A stretch of DNA of 58,322 nt, taken from assembly GCA_945877135.1 (NCBI GenBank), contig CAMCQY010000006.1:1-58322 (forward strand). The letters run 5' to 3'. Positions 10,315-19,725 of the stretch are shown one piece after another. The position numbers were made by a program, and so were the translations under genes. Positions within the stretch are counted from its first letter, which is position 1. The number at the start of each line of letters is the position of its first letter. Below the pieces are notes generated by a model that had not been told where the DNA came from, searched no databases, and was given only the letters and a program-made list of their open reading frames with translations. This DNA comes from Candidatus Kuenenia stuttgartensis (GTDB lineage Bacteria; Planctomycetota; Planctomycetia; Pirellulales; UBA1268).

Positions 10315-13300
10315 GTGATGAGAGATGCCACCAGTTCAGGAGGCCTGCCCATGATGCGGCGTGTTCTGTGTCGATGCTTTCCTGTCACTGTGCTCTGGCT
10401 GAGCTGCCTCGCGGCGGTCGCCGCCGAGGTACCTGCTGGCTTTCGGCCGATCTTCAACGGCACGGATCTCGCCGGCTGGTCGGGCGAACCGGGCCGCTGG
10501 ACCGTGGAGGACGGTGCCATCACGGGCTTCACGACCGCCGAGAATCCGCTCAAGCACAACACGTTTCTGGTGTGGGAGGGGGCAGGCCCCGATCGCTTTG
10601 CGCCCGACAACTTCGAACTGCGACTGAAGTATCGTTTTCGGACCGGGGGCAACTCCGGTATCCAGATTCGCTCGCTCGTCTTGGATGCAGTGCATCCGTG
10701 GTGCGTGGGCGGCTATCAATACGACCTCTCACCAGGCGGAGACATCGACGGGCTGCTCTACGAGGAGAGAAGTCGGCGCAGCCTCGGCATTCCGCCGGGA
10801 GTCGCTGCTGTGATCGCGCTCGACGGCCGGCGGTGGCGGAGCGGCGTGCTGGCCGACGAGGCACGGCTGCGGACGATCCATCACAGAAACGATTGGAACG
10901 AGGCCGGCATCCGCGTGGTCGGCAATCGTATCGAGTTCACGAAGAATGGCGAGAAGGTGGTCGAGGTCGTCGATCACGATGCGGCGCACCGCAGGCTCTC
11001 GGGCGTGATCGCCCTCCAACTGCACGTGGGCGGTCCGATGAAGGTGCAGTTCACCGATGTCTGGCTCAAGGATTTGCCCGCGGCCTCGGACAAGAACGAC
11101 CCGAAGAGCGGGCTTGTCTCATCAGAATCGACGCCCGTCGCCGCCGATGCGCTCGATCTCGGAGCGGATTCTGTCCGCGGCCATGCCAGTCGGGCTCTCA
11201 TCAAGCATGACGGGAAGGTGTTGGGCTACGCGCTGCCATGGAAGCCGGGGATGTCGCGAGTCTGGCCGAACGAGAACGACCTGCAGGCGTTCGCCGATGG
11301 GGAGTCGGCGTCGGTCGCCCTCGAGTCGCCGTCCACGGACGACATCGCCGCCTGGAAGTCGCTCGCCGAGAGGCATACGGCGCGTTGGCTCCTGCCCCCG
11401 ACGATGACGATCGTGAGTCGTCAGGCCAACGGAACAACGGCACGGCTGCCGCTGGGGCACGAAGGTGGTCACTGGCGGCTCGCGTCGCTCGTCACCGGCA
11501 CGCAGACGGCTGAAAAGCCCAATTCCGGCCAACTGCCTCGCGACGGCGACCTGCGGAGAGATCTCAAGGTGCCGGCGGGATTCTCGGCGACGATTTTCGC
11601 CCGGCCGCCGCTGATCAACTATCCGGTGTTTGTCTCGGCGGCGCCGGACGGCACGCTCTACGTGGCGAGCGACGGCAATGGCTCGACCGCACGGGAAAAG
11701 CATCGTGGGAGGATCGTGCGGCTGCGGGATATCGACGGCGATGGCCGCGCCGACGAGTCGGTGGACTTTGTGCCCGATGTTGACAGTCCGCGGGGCGTCG
11801 TCTGGGATCATGACCGGATCTACGTGCTCCACCCGCCGACGATCAGCATGTTTCGTGATGGGGATGGAGACGGCGTGGCCGAGGAGCACAAGGTCCTCGT
11901 GGAGAACCTCGGTTTCGGTCTCGACAACCGCTCGGCCGATCACACCTCCAATGGCCTGGAACTCGGCATCGACGGCTGGCTCTATGCGGCCTTGGGTGAC
12001 TTCGGCTGCTTGAACGCCAAGGGCACCGACGGCCGAACGCTCACGCTCCGCGGAGGCGGCGTCGTCCGCGTGCGGCCCGACGGCAGCGGGCTGGAAGTCT
12101 TCGCCCGCGGCACCCGCAACATCCTCGAGGCGGCCGTGAGTCCGCTGCTCGATCTCGTTGCCCGCGACAACACCAACGACGGCGATGGCTGGGACGTGCG
12201 GTTCCATCATTTCACCGGTCTCGACGACCACGGCTACCCACGGCTGTACAAGCATTTTCGCGACGAGTGCGCCGCGCCGATGGCCGATTACGGAGGTGGG
12301 TCGGGCACGGGCGCCGCGTGGATCGACGAACCGGGCATACCGGCTGAGTGGAACGACATGCCGTTCACCTGCGACTGGGGCCGCAACTGGGTCTATGGCC
12401 ACCGGCTCACGCCAGACGGGGCGACATTCAAGGCCGATCAGCGGGAGTTTTTCGGTGCCACTCGGGTGAATGATCTCGATGTCGATGCCAATGGGGCGAT
12501 CGCGGTGACGAGCTGGCGCGGGGCGGTGTTTCAGTGGAACGGTCCCGATGTCGGCTATGTCGCGCGGCTCACGCCGGACGGCTATCAGCCGACCGCTGTG
12601 CCAGACTTCGACACGATTGAGGTGCCAGCATTGCTCGAGGTTCTTGGCGGCGCGAGCCACCGTCGGCGGTTGGAGGCGTCGCGGGCGATCCTCCGTCGCG
12701 GGCTCATCGGCGCTGCCCGTCCGGGGCTCGAGGCCTTGGTGGCCGATGGCTCGCAGCGGTTGGCCTCCCGCGTGGCGGCAATCTATACCCTGGCGCAGGG
12801 ACTCGGTCCCGACGTCAATACGGTGCTCGTGAAGCTGGCTGCTGACCCGTCGGTGGCCGCCTGGGCGATCCGGGCTCTGGCCGATCATGTGCCCACGGCC
12901 TCCCAAGCCATGACTGCCGCTGCTGCACGGCCCGTCATCGTGGCGGGGCTGGCGAGCCCTGACGCCCGCACGCGGCGTGAGGCTGCCCGCGCGGTCGCTC
13001 GACTCGACCTCAAGACCGATGCGGTGGCGGTCGTGCCGCTGCTCGACGACCCCGATCTGATCGTGGCCCACACGGCGCAGCAGGCACTCAGGTCTCTTGG
13101 CGCCGCGGATGCCTGCTTCGCGGCGATCGATGATCCTGCTGCCCCCGTTGCCCGTCGAGCCGCCGCGCTCCGCGTGCTCGGCACACTGCACGACGCTGCC
13201 GTGGTGGATGGGCTTGTCTCCCGGCTGAGGGCCGTTCCTGCCGGAGATCGCGACGCGCGGCGCGGCCTGCTGACGGCCCTCTGCCGTCAGCACTTCGTCG

Positions 13301-14637
13301 AGAGCGAGAAATGGACCGGCGGCTTCTGGGGCACCCGCCCGGATACCCGCGGCCCGGTGCACCAGCCCGAGGAGTGGGGCGAGTCGAAAAAGATCGCCGC
13401 CGCGCTGGAGGAAGCCCTCGTCGCGGCCGACGCCGACGACACGGTGTTTCTGGCGGGACAATTCGCCCGGCATCGGCTCAGGTCGACGCCGGCCAGCGAC
13501 AAGCTGATCGCCATGGCCGAGGCTGATCCGGCTGTCATCGACACGTTTGTGCGGCAGTTCGGCGGTGACGAACCGCCGCCCGCGAGTGCGGTGCCCCTCC
13601 TGATCAGGGCGGCAGGCGACACCTCAAGGACGGCCGGCATCCGTTGCGAGGCTGCGCTGGCTCTCGCACGAGGCGACAGCGCGGAAGGCATGGCGGCGGC
13701 GATCGATACAATCGCTGCGATGTGGGACGTGCCGCCGCCCGACCGCCTCATGATTGAGAAGGCCCGCCATGTGCTGCTCTGGTCGCCGAAGCTGGAGAAG
13801 CAGATCGGCTTCCTGATCGAGCGGGCCGAGCGGATGGATGGCCGCGGGGCCCTCCTCGCCGATGGCTGTCTCTGCCGTCTGACGGGCCGGGTTCCGGCTT
13901 CCCCGGCAACCCGCAAGCAGGCCGCTGACGTGCTGCGGGCGGGCCTCGCCTCTGGGGAAAAGCGTGCCCGGCAGATCATGGAGGCGATGCGGCTCACCGA
14001 CGAGAAGGCCATGGCCCCCGATCTGCTCCGGATCATCGACGCTGCGGCGGCCAATCCAAGCGACGCGAAGGCCGCCGATCTTGCCAAAGCTGCGGATGGC
14101 ACGCTGCGGCATCTGAAGCTCGACGCCGTCAAGCTTCGTGCCGAGTCGCAGGCTGTGCGCGTGCCGCTCAAGGGACTGGCCCGCGAGCAGGTGATCGAGC
14201 AGGTGACCGGCCTGAAGGGGGACGTCTCGCTGGGCGAGCAGCTCTTCACGCGGCAGGGCTGCGTCAAGTGTCATTCCGTGAAACCGGGCGAGCCCCTCAA
14301 GGGGCCGAGCCTGGCCAATACCGCCGCGATCTACAAGCGTCCCGACCTCGCGTGGGCTGTCCTCGACCCCAACAAGTCGATCGCGCAAGGATTTGCCACC
14401 ACCATCTTCACGCTCGACGACGGCCGCGCACTCACCGGCTTCGTGGTGGTGGAGTCGGCGGACCACGTGGCGATCCGCGACGCCACCGGGGCCGAGCACG
14501 ACATACCCACGGCATCGATCGAGGAACGCACCACGTCGCCGGTGTCGGTGATGCCGGCTGGTCTCGTTGATGACCTCACCGCGGCCGAGTTTGCGGCGCT
14601 GGTTGATTACGTGGTGTCACTCAAGCCGCTGCACTGA
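10315..14637 (+). CDS. PVC-type heme-binding membrane dehydrogenase-like protein (DUF1080 + beta-propeller + HEAT repeats + cytochrome c)
   Basis: N-terminal DUF1080 (GNSG, IALQLH); propeller repeats (DIDGDGRAD, GIDGWLY, GTRN); helical repeats; CVKCH...GPSL...SVMPAGL. Start may be at 10351. Confidence 0.88.
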   Translation: MMRDATSSGGLPMMRRVLCRCFPVTVLWLSCLAAVAAEVPAGFRPIFNGTDLAGWSGEPGRWTVEDGAITGFTTAENPLKHNTFLVWEGAGPDRFAPDNFELRLKYRFRTGGNSGIQIRSLVLDAVHPWCVGGYQYDLSPGGDIDGLLYEERSRRSLGIPPGVAAVIALDGRRWRSGVLADEARLRTIHHRNDWNEAGIRVVGNRIEFTKNGEKVVEVVDHDAAHRRLSGVIALQLHVGGPMKVQFTDVWLKDLPAASDKNDPKSGLVSSESTPVAADALDLGADSVRGHASRALIKHDGKVLGYALPWKPGMSRVWPNENDLQAFADGESASVALESPSTDDIAAWKSLAERHTARWLLPPTMTIVSRQANGTTARLPLGHEGGHWRLASLVTGTQTAEKPNSGQLPRDGDLRRDLKVPAGFSATIFARPPLINYPVFVSAAPDGTLYVASDGNGSTAREKHRGRIVRLRDIDGDGRADESVDFVPDVDSPRGVVWDHDRIYVLHPPTISMFRDGDGDGVAEEHKVLVENLGFGLDNRSADHTSNGLELGIDGWLYAALGDFGCLNAKGTDGRTLTLRGGGVVRVRPDGSGLEVFARGTRNILEAAVSPLLDLVARDNTNDGDGWDVRFHHFTGLDDHGYPRLYKHFRDECAAPMADYGGGSGTGAAWIDEPGIPAEWNDMPFTCDWGRNWVYGHRLTPDGATFKADQREFFGATRVNDLDVDANGAIAVTSWRGAVFQWNGPDVGYVARLTPDGYQPTAVPDFDTIEVPALLEVLGGASHRRRLEASRAILRRGLIGAARPGLEALVADGSQRLASRVAAIYTLAQGLGPDVNTVLVKLAADPSVAAWAIRALADHVPTASQAMTAAAARPVIVAGLASPDARTRREAARAVARLDLKTDAVAVVPLLDDPDLIVAHTAQQALRSLGAADACFAAIDDPAAPVARRAAALRVLGTLHDAAVVDGLVSRLRAVPAGDRDARRGLLTALCRQHFVESEKWTGGFWGTRPDTRGPVHQPEEWGESKKIAAALEEALVAADADDTVFLAGQFARHRLRSTPASDKLIAMAEADPAVIDTFVRQFGGDEPPPASAVPLLIRAAGDTSRTAGIRCEAALALARGDSAEGMAAAIDTIAAMWDVPPPDRLMIEKARHVLLWSPKLEKQIGFLIERAERMDGRGALLADGCLCRLTGRVPASPATRKQAADVLRAGLASGEKRARQIMEAMRLTDEKAMAPDLLRIIDAAAANPSDAKAADLAKAADGTLRHLKLDAVKLRAESQAVRVPLKGLAREQVIEQVTGLKGDVSLGEQLFTRQGCVKCHSVKPGEPLKGPSLANTAAIYKRPDLAWAVLDPNKSIAQGFATTIFTLDDGRALTGFVVVESADHVAIRDATGAEHDIPTASIEERTTSPVSVMPAGLVDDLTAAEFAALVDYVVSLKPLH

Positions 14638-14656
14638 CGGAGACGAACGTCGGCGG

Positions 14657-15091
14657 TCACTGCTTGGCTTCGCCGAGCGTGCCGCCTTCGAGCGCGAAGT
14701 CGTGCTTGTTCAATCCCTCGGTGATCGTCAATTCGAGTGTGGTTTTTTCGTTGTAGCGATCCGGCACATACTCGACGTAGCGGTCGATCATCACCCCGCT
14801 TCCGGGGTTCAGGGGGTCCGGCATCTTGCCGTCCTTGCGGCTCGCATTGATCACGACCTTCACCGGCACTGGCGAGGCCGTGATACGGTAGCGACCGGCG
14901 ATGATGCCCCCGCCGCCGCTCTGCCCCTTGCCCGTGGAGGGGATCAGCATGATCGTGCCCTTCTCGATCGGCACGCCATCGAGCGTCACGAGCCCCTCCA
15001 TCATCGGCTTGGATTTTCCGCAACCGGCGGCGGCCAGACAGAGTGCCGCCACGAGGCAGGCGGCGTATGGAAAGCGACGGAAACGCGGCAT
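14657..15091 (-). CDS. Small lipoprotein (carboxypeptidase-regulatory-like fold) of the type usually paired with DUF1559 genes
   Basis: Lipobox LAAAGC; GLVTLDGVPI and VPDRYN...LELTI...HDFAL pattern. Confidence 0.85.
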   Translation of the reverse strand: MPRFRRFPYAACLVAALCLAAAGCGKSKPMMEGLVTLDGVPIEKGTIMLIPSTGKGQSGGGGIIAGRYRITASPVPVKVVINASRKDGKMPDPLNPGSGVMIDRYVEYVPDRYNEKTTLELTITEGLNKHDFALEGGTLGEAKQ

Positions 15092-15138
15092 GTTCGAAAG
15101 CTCCGTGATGCGGTGTGCAGGGGGCGGTGTGGGGCGTT

Positions 15139-16146
15139 CTATCGATCAGCCCCGTTCATCGTGCCCAGCGCCTGCCACGTGGCCTGGTCAATCGTGTCGG
15201 AGACGAATTGCACGGCGCCGTCTACAAACGCGGCCTGCACGCCGCCGGAATGATGGCTGCGGGCGGCGTAGACAAAGGCGCTGCCGACTGCCTGGCAGGG
15301 GAGAAACGGCGGGTTGTTGGTGCAGGAGTAGTTCGGTGCGACGTACCAGTTCGCGACCTTGTCAAACATCGCGTTTGGCGAGATCGAGGCATCGAACTTA
15401 CAGTTCGCCACCTGGCCGCGGGGATCGACCGGCGAGCCGGAATCGGATGTCCACATGTTGATTTCCGACATGAGGAGCGTCTTTGAAAGGCCATCGGTAA
15501 TGTTCCGAAACCGGGCCGCCTCGGAGCCCTTGTAGCCGCGAGGATCAAACGGTGAACTGCCGGAGTTCGAGGTGGCGGTCTTGTTGAACGGCCCGATGAA
15601 GGTCTTTCCGGATACCGTGACGCTGGTGCCGTTCACCGCGTAGTTCGACCGAGGGGCGTAGAAGGTGCCGACGCCAGCATCCATGGCGAAATAGGCTCCG
15701 GGTCTGTCGCTCGGGCAGTAGTAGATCGGCAGACGACGCGACAGCGGTGGCGAATTGGACTTGTCGAGTTGGTTGCTGACGTTGAGGCCCCACTTGGTCC
15801 AAGGCTCGGTGTAGGTGTACTTCTTGGCCAAATCGCCCTGCTCCATGTAGGGCCAGAGGAGGGGCTGCCAGGTAGTGCCGATCAAAGGCCAGCCGCTGCC
15901 CGCCAGCGGCAGGACGCCGTAGACGTCGTGGTAGGTCTGCATCGCCAGGCCCCACTGCTTGAGCGTGTTGCTGCACTGGGTCTGCCGGGCCGCCTCCCTC
16001 GCCGCCTGAACGGCCGGCAGAAGCAGGCCCACGAGCGTGCCGATGATGGCGATCACGGCGAGCAGTTCGACCAGCGTGAAGCCGCGAGGGCTAGCGTGTG
16101 GAAGCCCTTGGTGGGACTCGTGATCGGATGTGCTCTGTTCCCTCAT
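15139..16146 (-). CDS. DUF1559 protein with prepilin-type N-terminal cleavage site and H-X9-DG C-terminus
   Basis: [45 protein letters not shown] and [12 protein letters not shown]; start trimmed to MREQ. Confidence 0.92.
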   Translation of the reverse strand: MREQSTSDHESHQGLPHASPRGFTLVELLAVIAIIGTLVGLLLPAVQAAREAARQTQCSNTLKQWGLAMQTYHDVYGVLPLAGSGWPLIGTTWQPLLWPYMEQGDLAKKYTYTEPWTKWGLNVSNQLDKSNSPPLSRRLPIYYCPSDRPGAYFAMDAGVGTFYAPRSNYAVNGTSVTVSGKTFIGPFNKTATSNSGSSPFDPRGYKGSEAARFRNITDGLSKTLLMSEINMWTSDSGSPVDPRGQVANCKFDASISPNAMFDKVANWYVAPNYSCTNNPPFLPCQAVGSAFVYAARSHHSGGVQAAFVDGAVQFVSDTIDQATWQALGTMNGADR

Positions 16147-16428
16147 ATCACTTCTCCAAACAGTGTCCGTGTCAACGCCGCAAAGAGCCCCCGGTAGAAA
16201 AAATATCGACTGCCCGATCGGGCGGCAACGATTGACCGCCGCGAGTTTTCCGAAAACGTTAGCAAAAGAAATCGACTGCGACGCGAAGTTCGTGGAGAGT
16301 GATAGGGCGGCCAGCAGTACTGCCGACGCGTCGGAGCCGGGTTTTCGCGGTGGGGACTGGGGCGGTAGCATAGGCGTCGGTCAGGGCAGAACAAGGGAAG
16401 TAACAGAGCACGCGATGAAGGGAAAACC

Positions 16429-17787
16429 ATGAACCAGCACGCTCGTCAGACCGCGACGGCAGTCTCCCGCCGCACGTTCGCCGTCGGCGCCGCCACCGCC
16501 ACGGCGGCTGCGGCCGTTGGCACCGGATTCTTCGCCTCCCACGGCTACGGTGAGCCGCCGGCAGAAGGACCCGCCGACATGCTCAACATCGCCGTCGTCG
16601 GCCTCGGCGGCCAGGGGGCCGCGAATCTCGGTGGCGTGAAGAGCCAGAACATCGTGGCGGTCTGCGACGTCGATGATGTGCGGGCCGGCAAGGCCTACGA
16701 GCAGCATCCTGGAGCCACGAAGTTCACCGACTTCCGCAAGATGTTCGACGCGCTGGACAAGCAGATCGACGCGGTCGTGATCAGCACGCCCGACCACACG
16801 CACTTTCATCCTGCCTGGTGGGCGATGGAACGGGGCAAGCATGTCTACCTGGAGAAGCCGCTTGCCCACGAGGTGGAGGAGGTGCGACGACTGACGGAGG
16901 CTGCCCGCAAGAAAGGCCTCGCCACGCAGCTCGGGTCGCAGCGGCATGCGGTGAAGGGCCTGCGCGACGGCGTCGAGATCGTGAAATCGGGCCTGCTCGG
17001 CACGATCAAAGAGGTGCACTCCTGGATCGCCAGCGGCCGCGGGATGCCCACCATGCCGGACATCGCGGGTGAGCCACAGCCGGTGCCCGCCGGACTCGAC
17101 TGGGATCTCTGGCTTGGACCGGTGGCCGAGCGTCCCTACACGAAGGGCTTCGCGCCCTACGACTGGCGATTCTGGTGGGAGTTTGGCACCGGCGAGACCG
17201 GCAACTGGGGCTGCCATATCCTCGACATTCCGTTCTGGTCTCTCGACCTCGCGCATCCGGTGCATGTCAGTGGGAGCGGGCCGGAGCCCGACCCCAAGCG
17301 GACGCCAAAATCGCTCGCCAGCCGGCTCGACTTTCCGGCACGCACGGGGGCGAACGGAAAGGCATGGCCGGCGGTGAGCGTGCACTGGTACCAGGGACGG
17401 CCGCCGGTGCTCGAGGAACGAGGCATCGACGGCAAGCTCGCGGAAAAGAAGAACACGCTCTTCATCGGCACCGATGGGATGCTGCTCTGCGGGTTCGATG
17501 CCTGGTCGCTCCTGCCCGCCGAGAAGTTCGCCGGCTACGAGGGCCCCAAGCAGACGATCCCGAAGTCGCCGGGCTTTCATCGCGAGTGGCTCGACGCCTG
17601 TCGCGGGGGGGGCCCAGCAACGTGCAACTTCGACTACACGGGGCCGCTATCGGAGAGCGTGCTGCTGGCCAACATCGCCTACCGGGTGCAGGGGGAGTTT
17701 GACTGGGATGCGGCCGCCATGAAGAGCAGCCGCGACGACGTCAACGCCATGCTCCGCCGGCAGTATCGCCGCGGCTGGGAAGTCTGA
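16429..17787 (+). CDS. Tat-exported Gfo/Idh/MocA NAD(P)-dependent oxidoreductase
   Basis: SRRTF; VGLGGQG; STPDHTH; YLEKPL; LDWDLWLGP. Confidence 0.92.
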   Translation: MNQHARQTATAVSRRTFAVGAATATAAAAVGTGFFASHGYGEPPAEGPADMLNIAVVGLGGQGAANLGGVKSQNIVAVCDVDDVRAGKAYEQHPGATKFTDFRKMFDALDKQIDAVVISTPDHTHFHPAWWAMERGKHVYLEKPLAHEVEEVRRLTEAARKKGLATQLGSQRHAVKGLRDGVEIVKSGLLGTIKEVHSWIASGRGMPTMPDIAGEPQPVPAGLDWDLWLGPVAERPYTKGFAPYDWRFWWEFGTGETGNWGCHILDIPFWSLDLAHPVHVSGSGPEPDPKRTPKSLASRLDFPARTGANGKAWPAVSVHWYQGRPPVLEERGIDGKLAEKKNTLFIGTDGMLLCGFDAWSLLPAEKFAGYEGPKQTIPKSPGFHREWLDACRGGGPATCNFDYTGPLSESVLLANIAYRVQGEFDWDAAAMKSSRDDVNAMLRRQYRRGWEV

Positions 17788-17974
17788 GCGGTTTTCGTCG
17801 TTCTCTCGTAACCAGTTCTCGGGGAGAGTCTCCGATGACTGCTGTTTCACGTGTCGTCTTCGGGATGCAGAAGCGGGATAACGCCGCCGGCACGTCAGAC
17901 TGGCCCAACCGGGCGCTCGACTGGCTGGCTCCGTGGCCGCGGGCTGTAGGGGCGCGTGGTGTGGCATCGGCTTC

Positions 17975-18105
17975 GGGGCTGCTCACGCCCCGTCGCCGGA
18001 CGTTCGCTACGGGCATCCTGCCCTTCGCTCACTCGATGCTGACTGCGCTCCGGCATCCTGCCTCCGCTGGTCAGCAACGCCGGCTCTCGAGGCATGAGCA
18101 GCCCC
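17975..18105 (-). ncRNA. 131-nt structured intergenic element, copy 1 (two GGA-loop hairpins; candidate CsrA-binding RNA module or MITE-like repeat)
   Basis: Nested stems with compensatory changes relative to copy 2; minus-strand hairpins GGGCAGGAUGCCC and GGCAGGAUGCC. The RNA function is inferred. Confidence 0.55.
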
Positions 18106-18151
18106 TCGCGGACTCCTCGATCGGGTGCGCGAGACGTATCGAGATGTTGCT

Positions 18152-19648
18152 TCAGCGGATCTTTTGGTCGGGCAGGGCTGACTTGATGCCCTCGTCGAGC
18201 GGCATTGTGTCTTTTTCCGGCGTGAGTCCGAAGGACGTCAGCAACTCTGCAAGCCGCCGCTCGAGATCCGCCCGCGTCGCTGCATGGGCCGGATCGACGG
18301 CCAGATTGTCTCGTTCATCGGGGTCGGCCGCGAGGTCATACATCTCCGGCAGATGGCGGTCGGCCGTGCCGTCGCCATGCGGATAGTGAACAAACTTGAA
18401 TCGGTCGCTGCGGATGCCGCGGATGTTGGGCGTGTAGGGAAACTGCTTCTCGTAGTTGTATTCGTAGAGCCAGGCGGTGCGCCAGTCAGGATCGCCCTGA
18501 TTGCACAATCCCTTCCACGACCGGCCGTGCGTCTTCGAGATCGGCGGCGCCCTGCAGAGGTCGAGCACGCTCGGGGCGATGTCTTCCGTGAGCACCTGCT
18601 GCTCCACGACCTTCCCGGCGGGCAGCCCCGGACCGCGGGCGATGATCGGAATCCGGATGCTCGGCTCGTGCATCGTCCGCTTGTCGACCATGCCATGCTC
18701 ACCTTCGAGCAGGCCATTGTCGCCCATGAAGATGATGAGCGTGTTTTCCAACTCGCCACGCGACTCGAGCAGCTGCACCAGCCGGCCCACGCTGTCGTCG
18801 ACGCTGAGGACCGTGCCCCAGTAGGCGTGCACCATGTTTTCAAAGTCTTTCACGGCTTCGGGCCGCGTGTCGGGGAATTGCTTCCGCCATTCGAAGAGCG
18901 GGCCATAGATTCCGTGCCAGGTGGGGAGCCGCTGCCGGATCCAGTCGGGCTGGCCGTCGAGGTGGAAGGCGGTCTGTGGATAGGGCACGCGGACATCGTC
19001 GAACGCATGCTTGTATTGCTCCTCGGGAAAATAGAAGGAGTGCGGCGCCTTGTGACCGAGGCAGAGGGCCCAGGGTTTCCCGGCCGGCTGCTTCGCAACC
19101 CAATCGGCGGCGTAGTCTGTAACGACCGTGGTGTAGTAGCCCTTGGGCGTTTCGCGGCGGTCGCCGTTGACGTTCCACTCGGTGTCGAAGTATTTGCCCT
19201 GGCCCTTGTGGCTCACGAACCAGTCGAATCCGGGGCGGGGGGCGTCGTTGTCCTCGCCCATATGCCACTTGCCGATGTATCCCGTCGAGTAGCCCTGCTC
19301 GCGCAGCCGGCCGGGCCACTGGGGCAGGGCGGGGGGAAGTTCGGTGAAGTTGTTGCGGACCCCGTGGGCGTGGGCGTAGAGACCGGTGAGAATGCTTGCG
19401 CGGCTGGGTGAGCAGAGCGACGTCGTGCAGAAGCCGTTCATGAACCGCACGCCACCGGCGGCGAGGCGGTCGATATGGGGCGTCTTCACGTGCTTCGAGC
19501 CGTAGCAGCCCAGGGCATCGGGCCGCAGATCGTCGCAGAGGATGAAGAGGACGTTCGGCCGCGTCGCGGACTCGGCGGCGAACAGGGACAAGCCCCCGAG
19601 GCACACGACCAGCGTGGCTACGAGGATGGGAAGACAGGTGCTTTTCAT
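18152..19648 (-). CDS. Secreted Cys-type (formylglycine) sulfatase
   Basis: PNVLFILCDD, LCSPSRASILTG, GKWH and GDNG motifs. Confidence 0.93.
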   Translation of the reverse strand: MKSTCLPILVATLVVCLGGLSLFAAESATRPNVLFILCDDLRPDALGCYGSKHVKTPHIDRLAAGGVRFMNGFCTTSLCSPSRASILTGLYAHAHGVRNNFTELPPALPQWPGRLREQGYSTGYIGKWHMGEDNDAPRPGFDWFVSHKGQGKYFDTEWNVNGDRRETPKGYYTTVVTDYAADWVAKQPAGKPWALCLGHKAPHSFYFPEEQYKHAFDDVRVPYPQTAFHLDGQPDWIRQRLPTWHGIYGPLFEWRKQFPDTRPEAVKDFENMVHAYWGTVLSVDDSVGRLVQLLESRGELENTLIIFMGDNGLLEGEHGMVDKRTMHEPSIRIPIIARGPGLPAGKVVEQQVLTEDIAPSVLDLCRAPPISKTHGRSWKGLCNQGDPDWRTAWLYEYNYEKQFPYTPNIRGIRSDRFKFVHYPHGDGTADRHLPEMYDLAADPDERDNLAVDPAHAATRADLERRLAELLTSFGLTPEKDTMPLDEGIKSALPDQKIR

Positions 19649-19725
19649 GAGAGAAAGTCTACCGAGGTGAAGCTATCATGCACACCGTGCGAGTCGCGGT
19701 TCGTCATTTCGCCAAAGGTCGTTGC

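Noticed and set aside
11122-13473. 783-aa antisense ORF
   Set aside because: Antisense to a well-supported gene; typical high-GC artefact with no motifs.
17975-18105. tRNA or known riboswitch
   Set aside because: No T-loop/D-loop consensus or CCA end, and no riboswitch consensus that I recognise.
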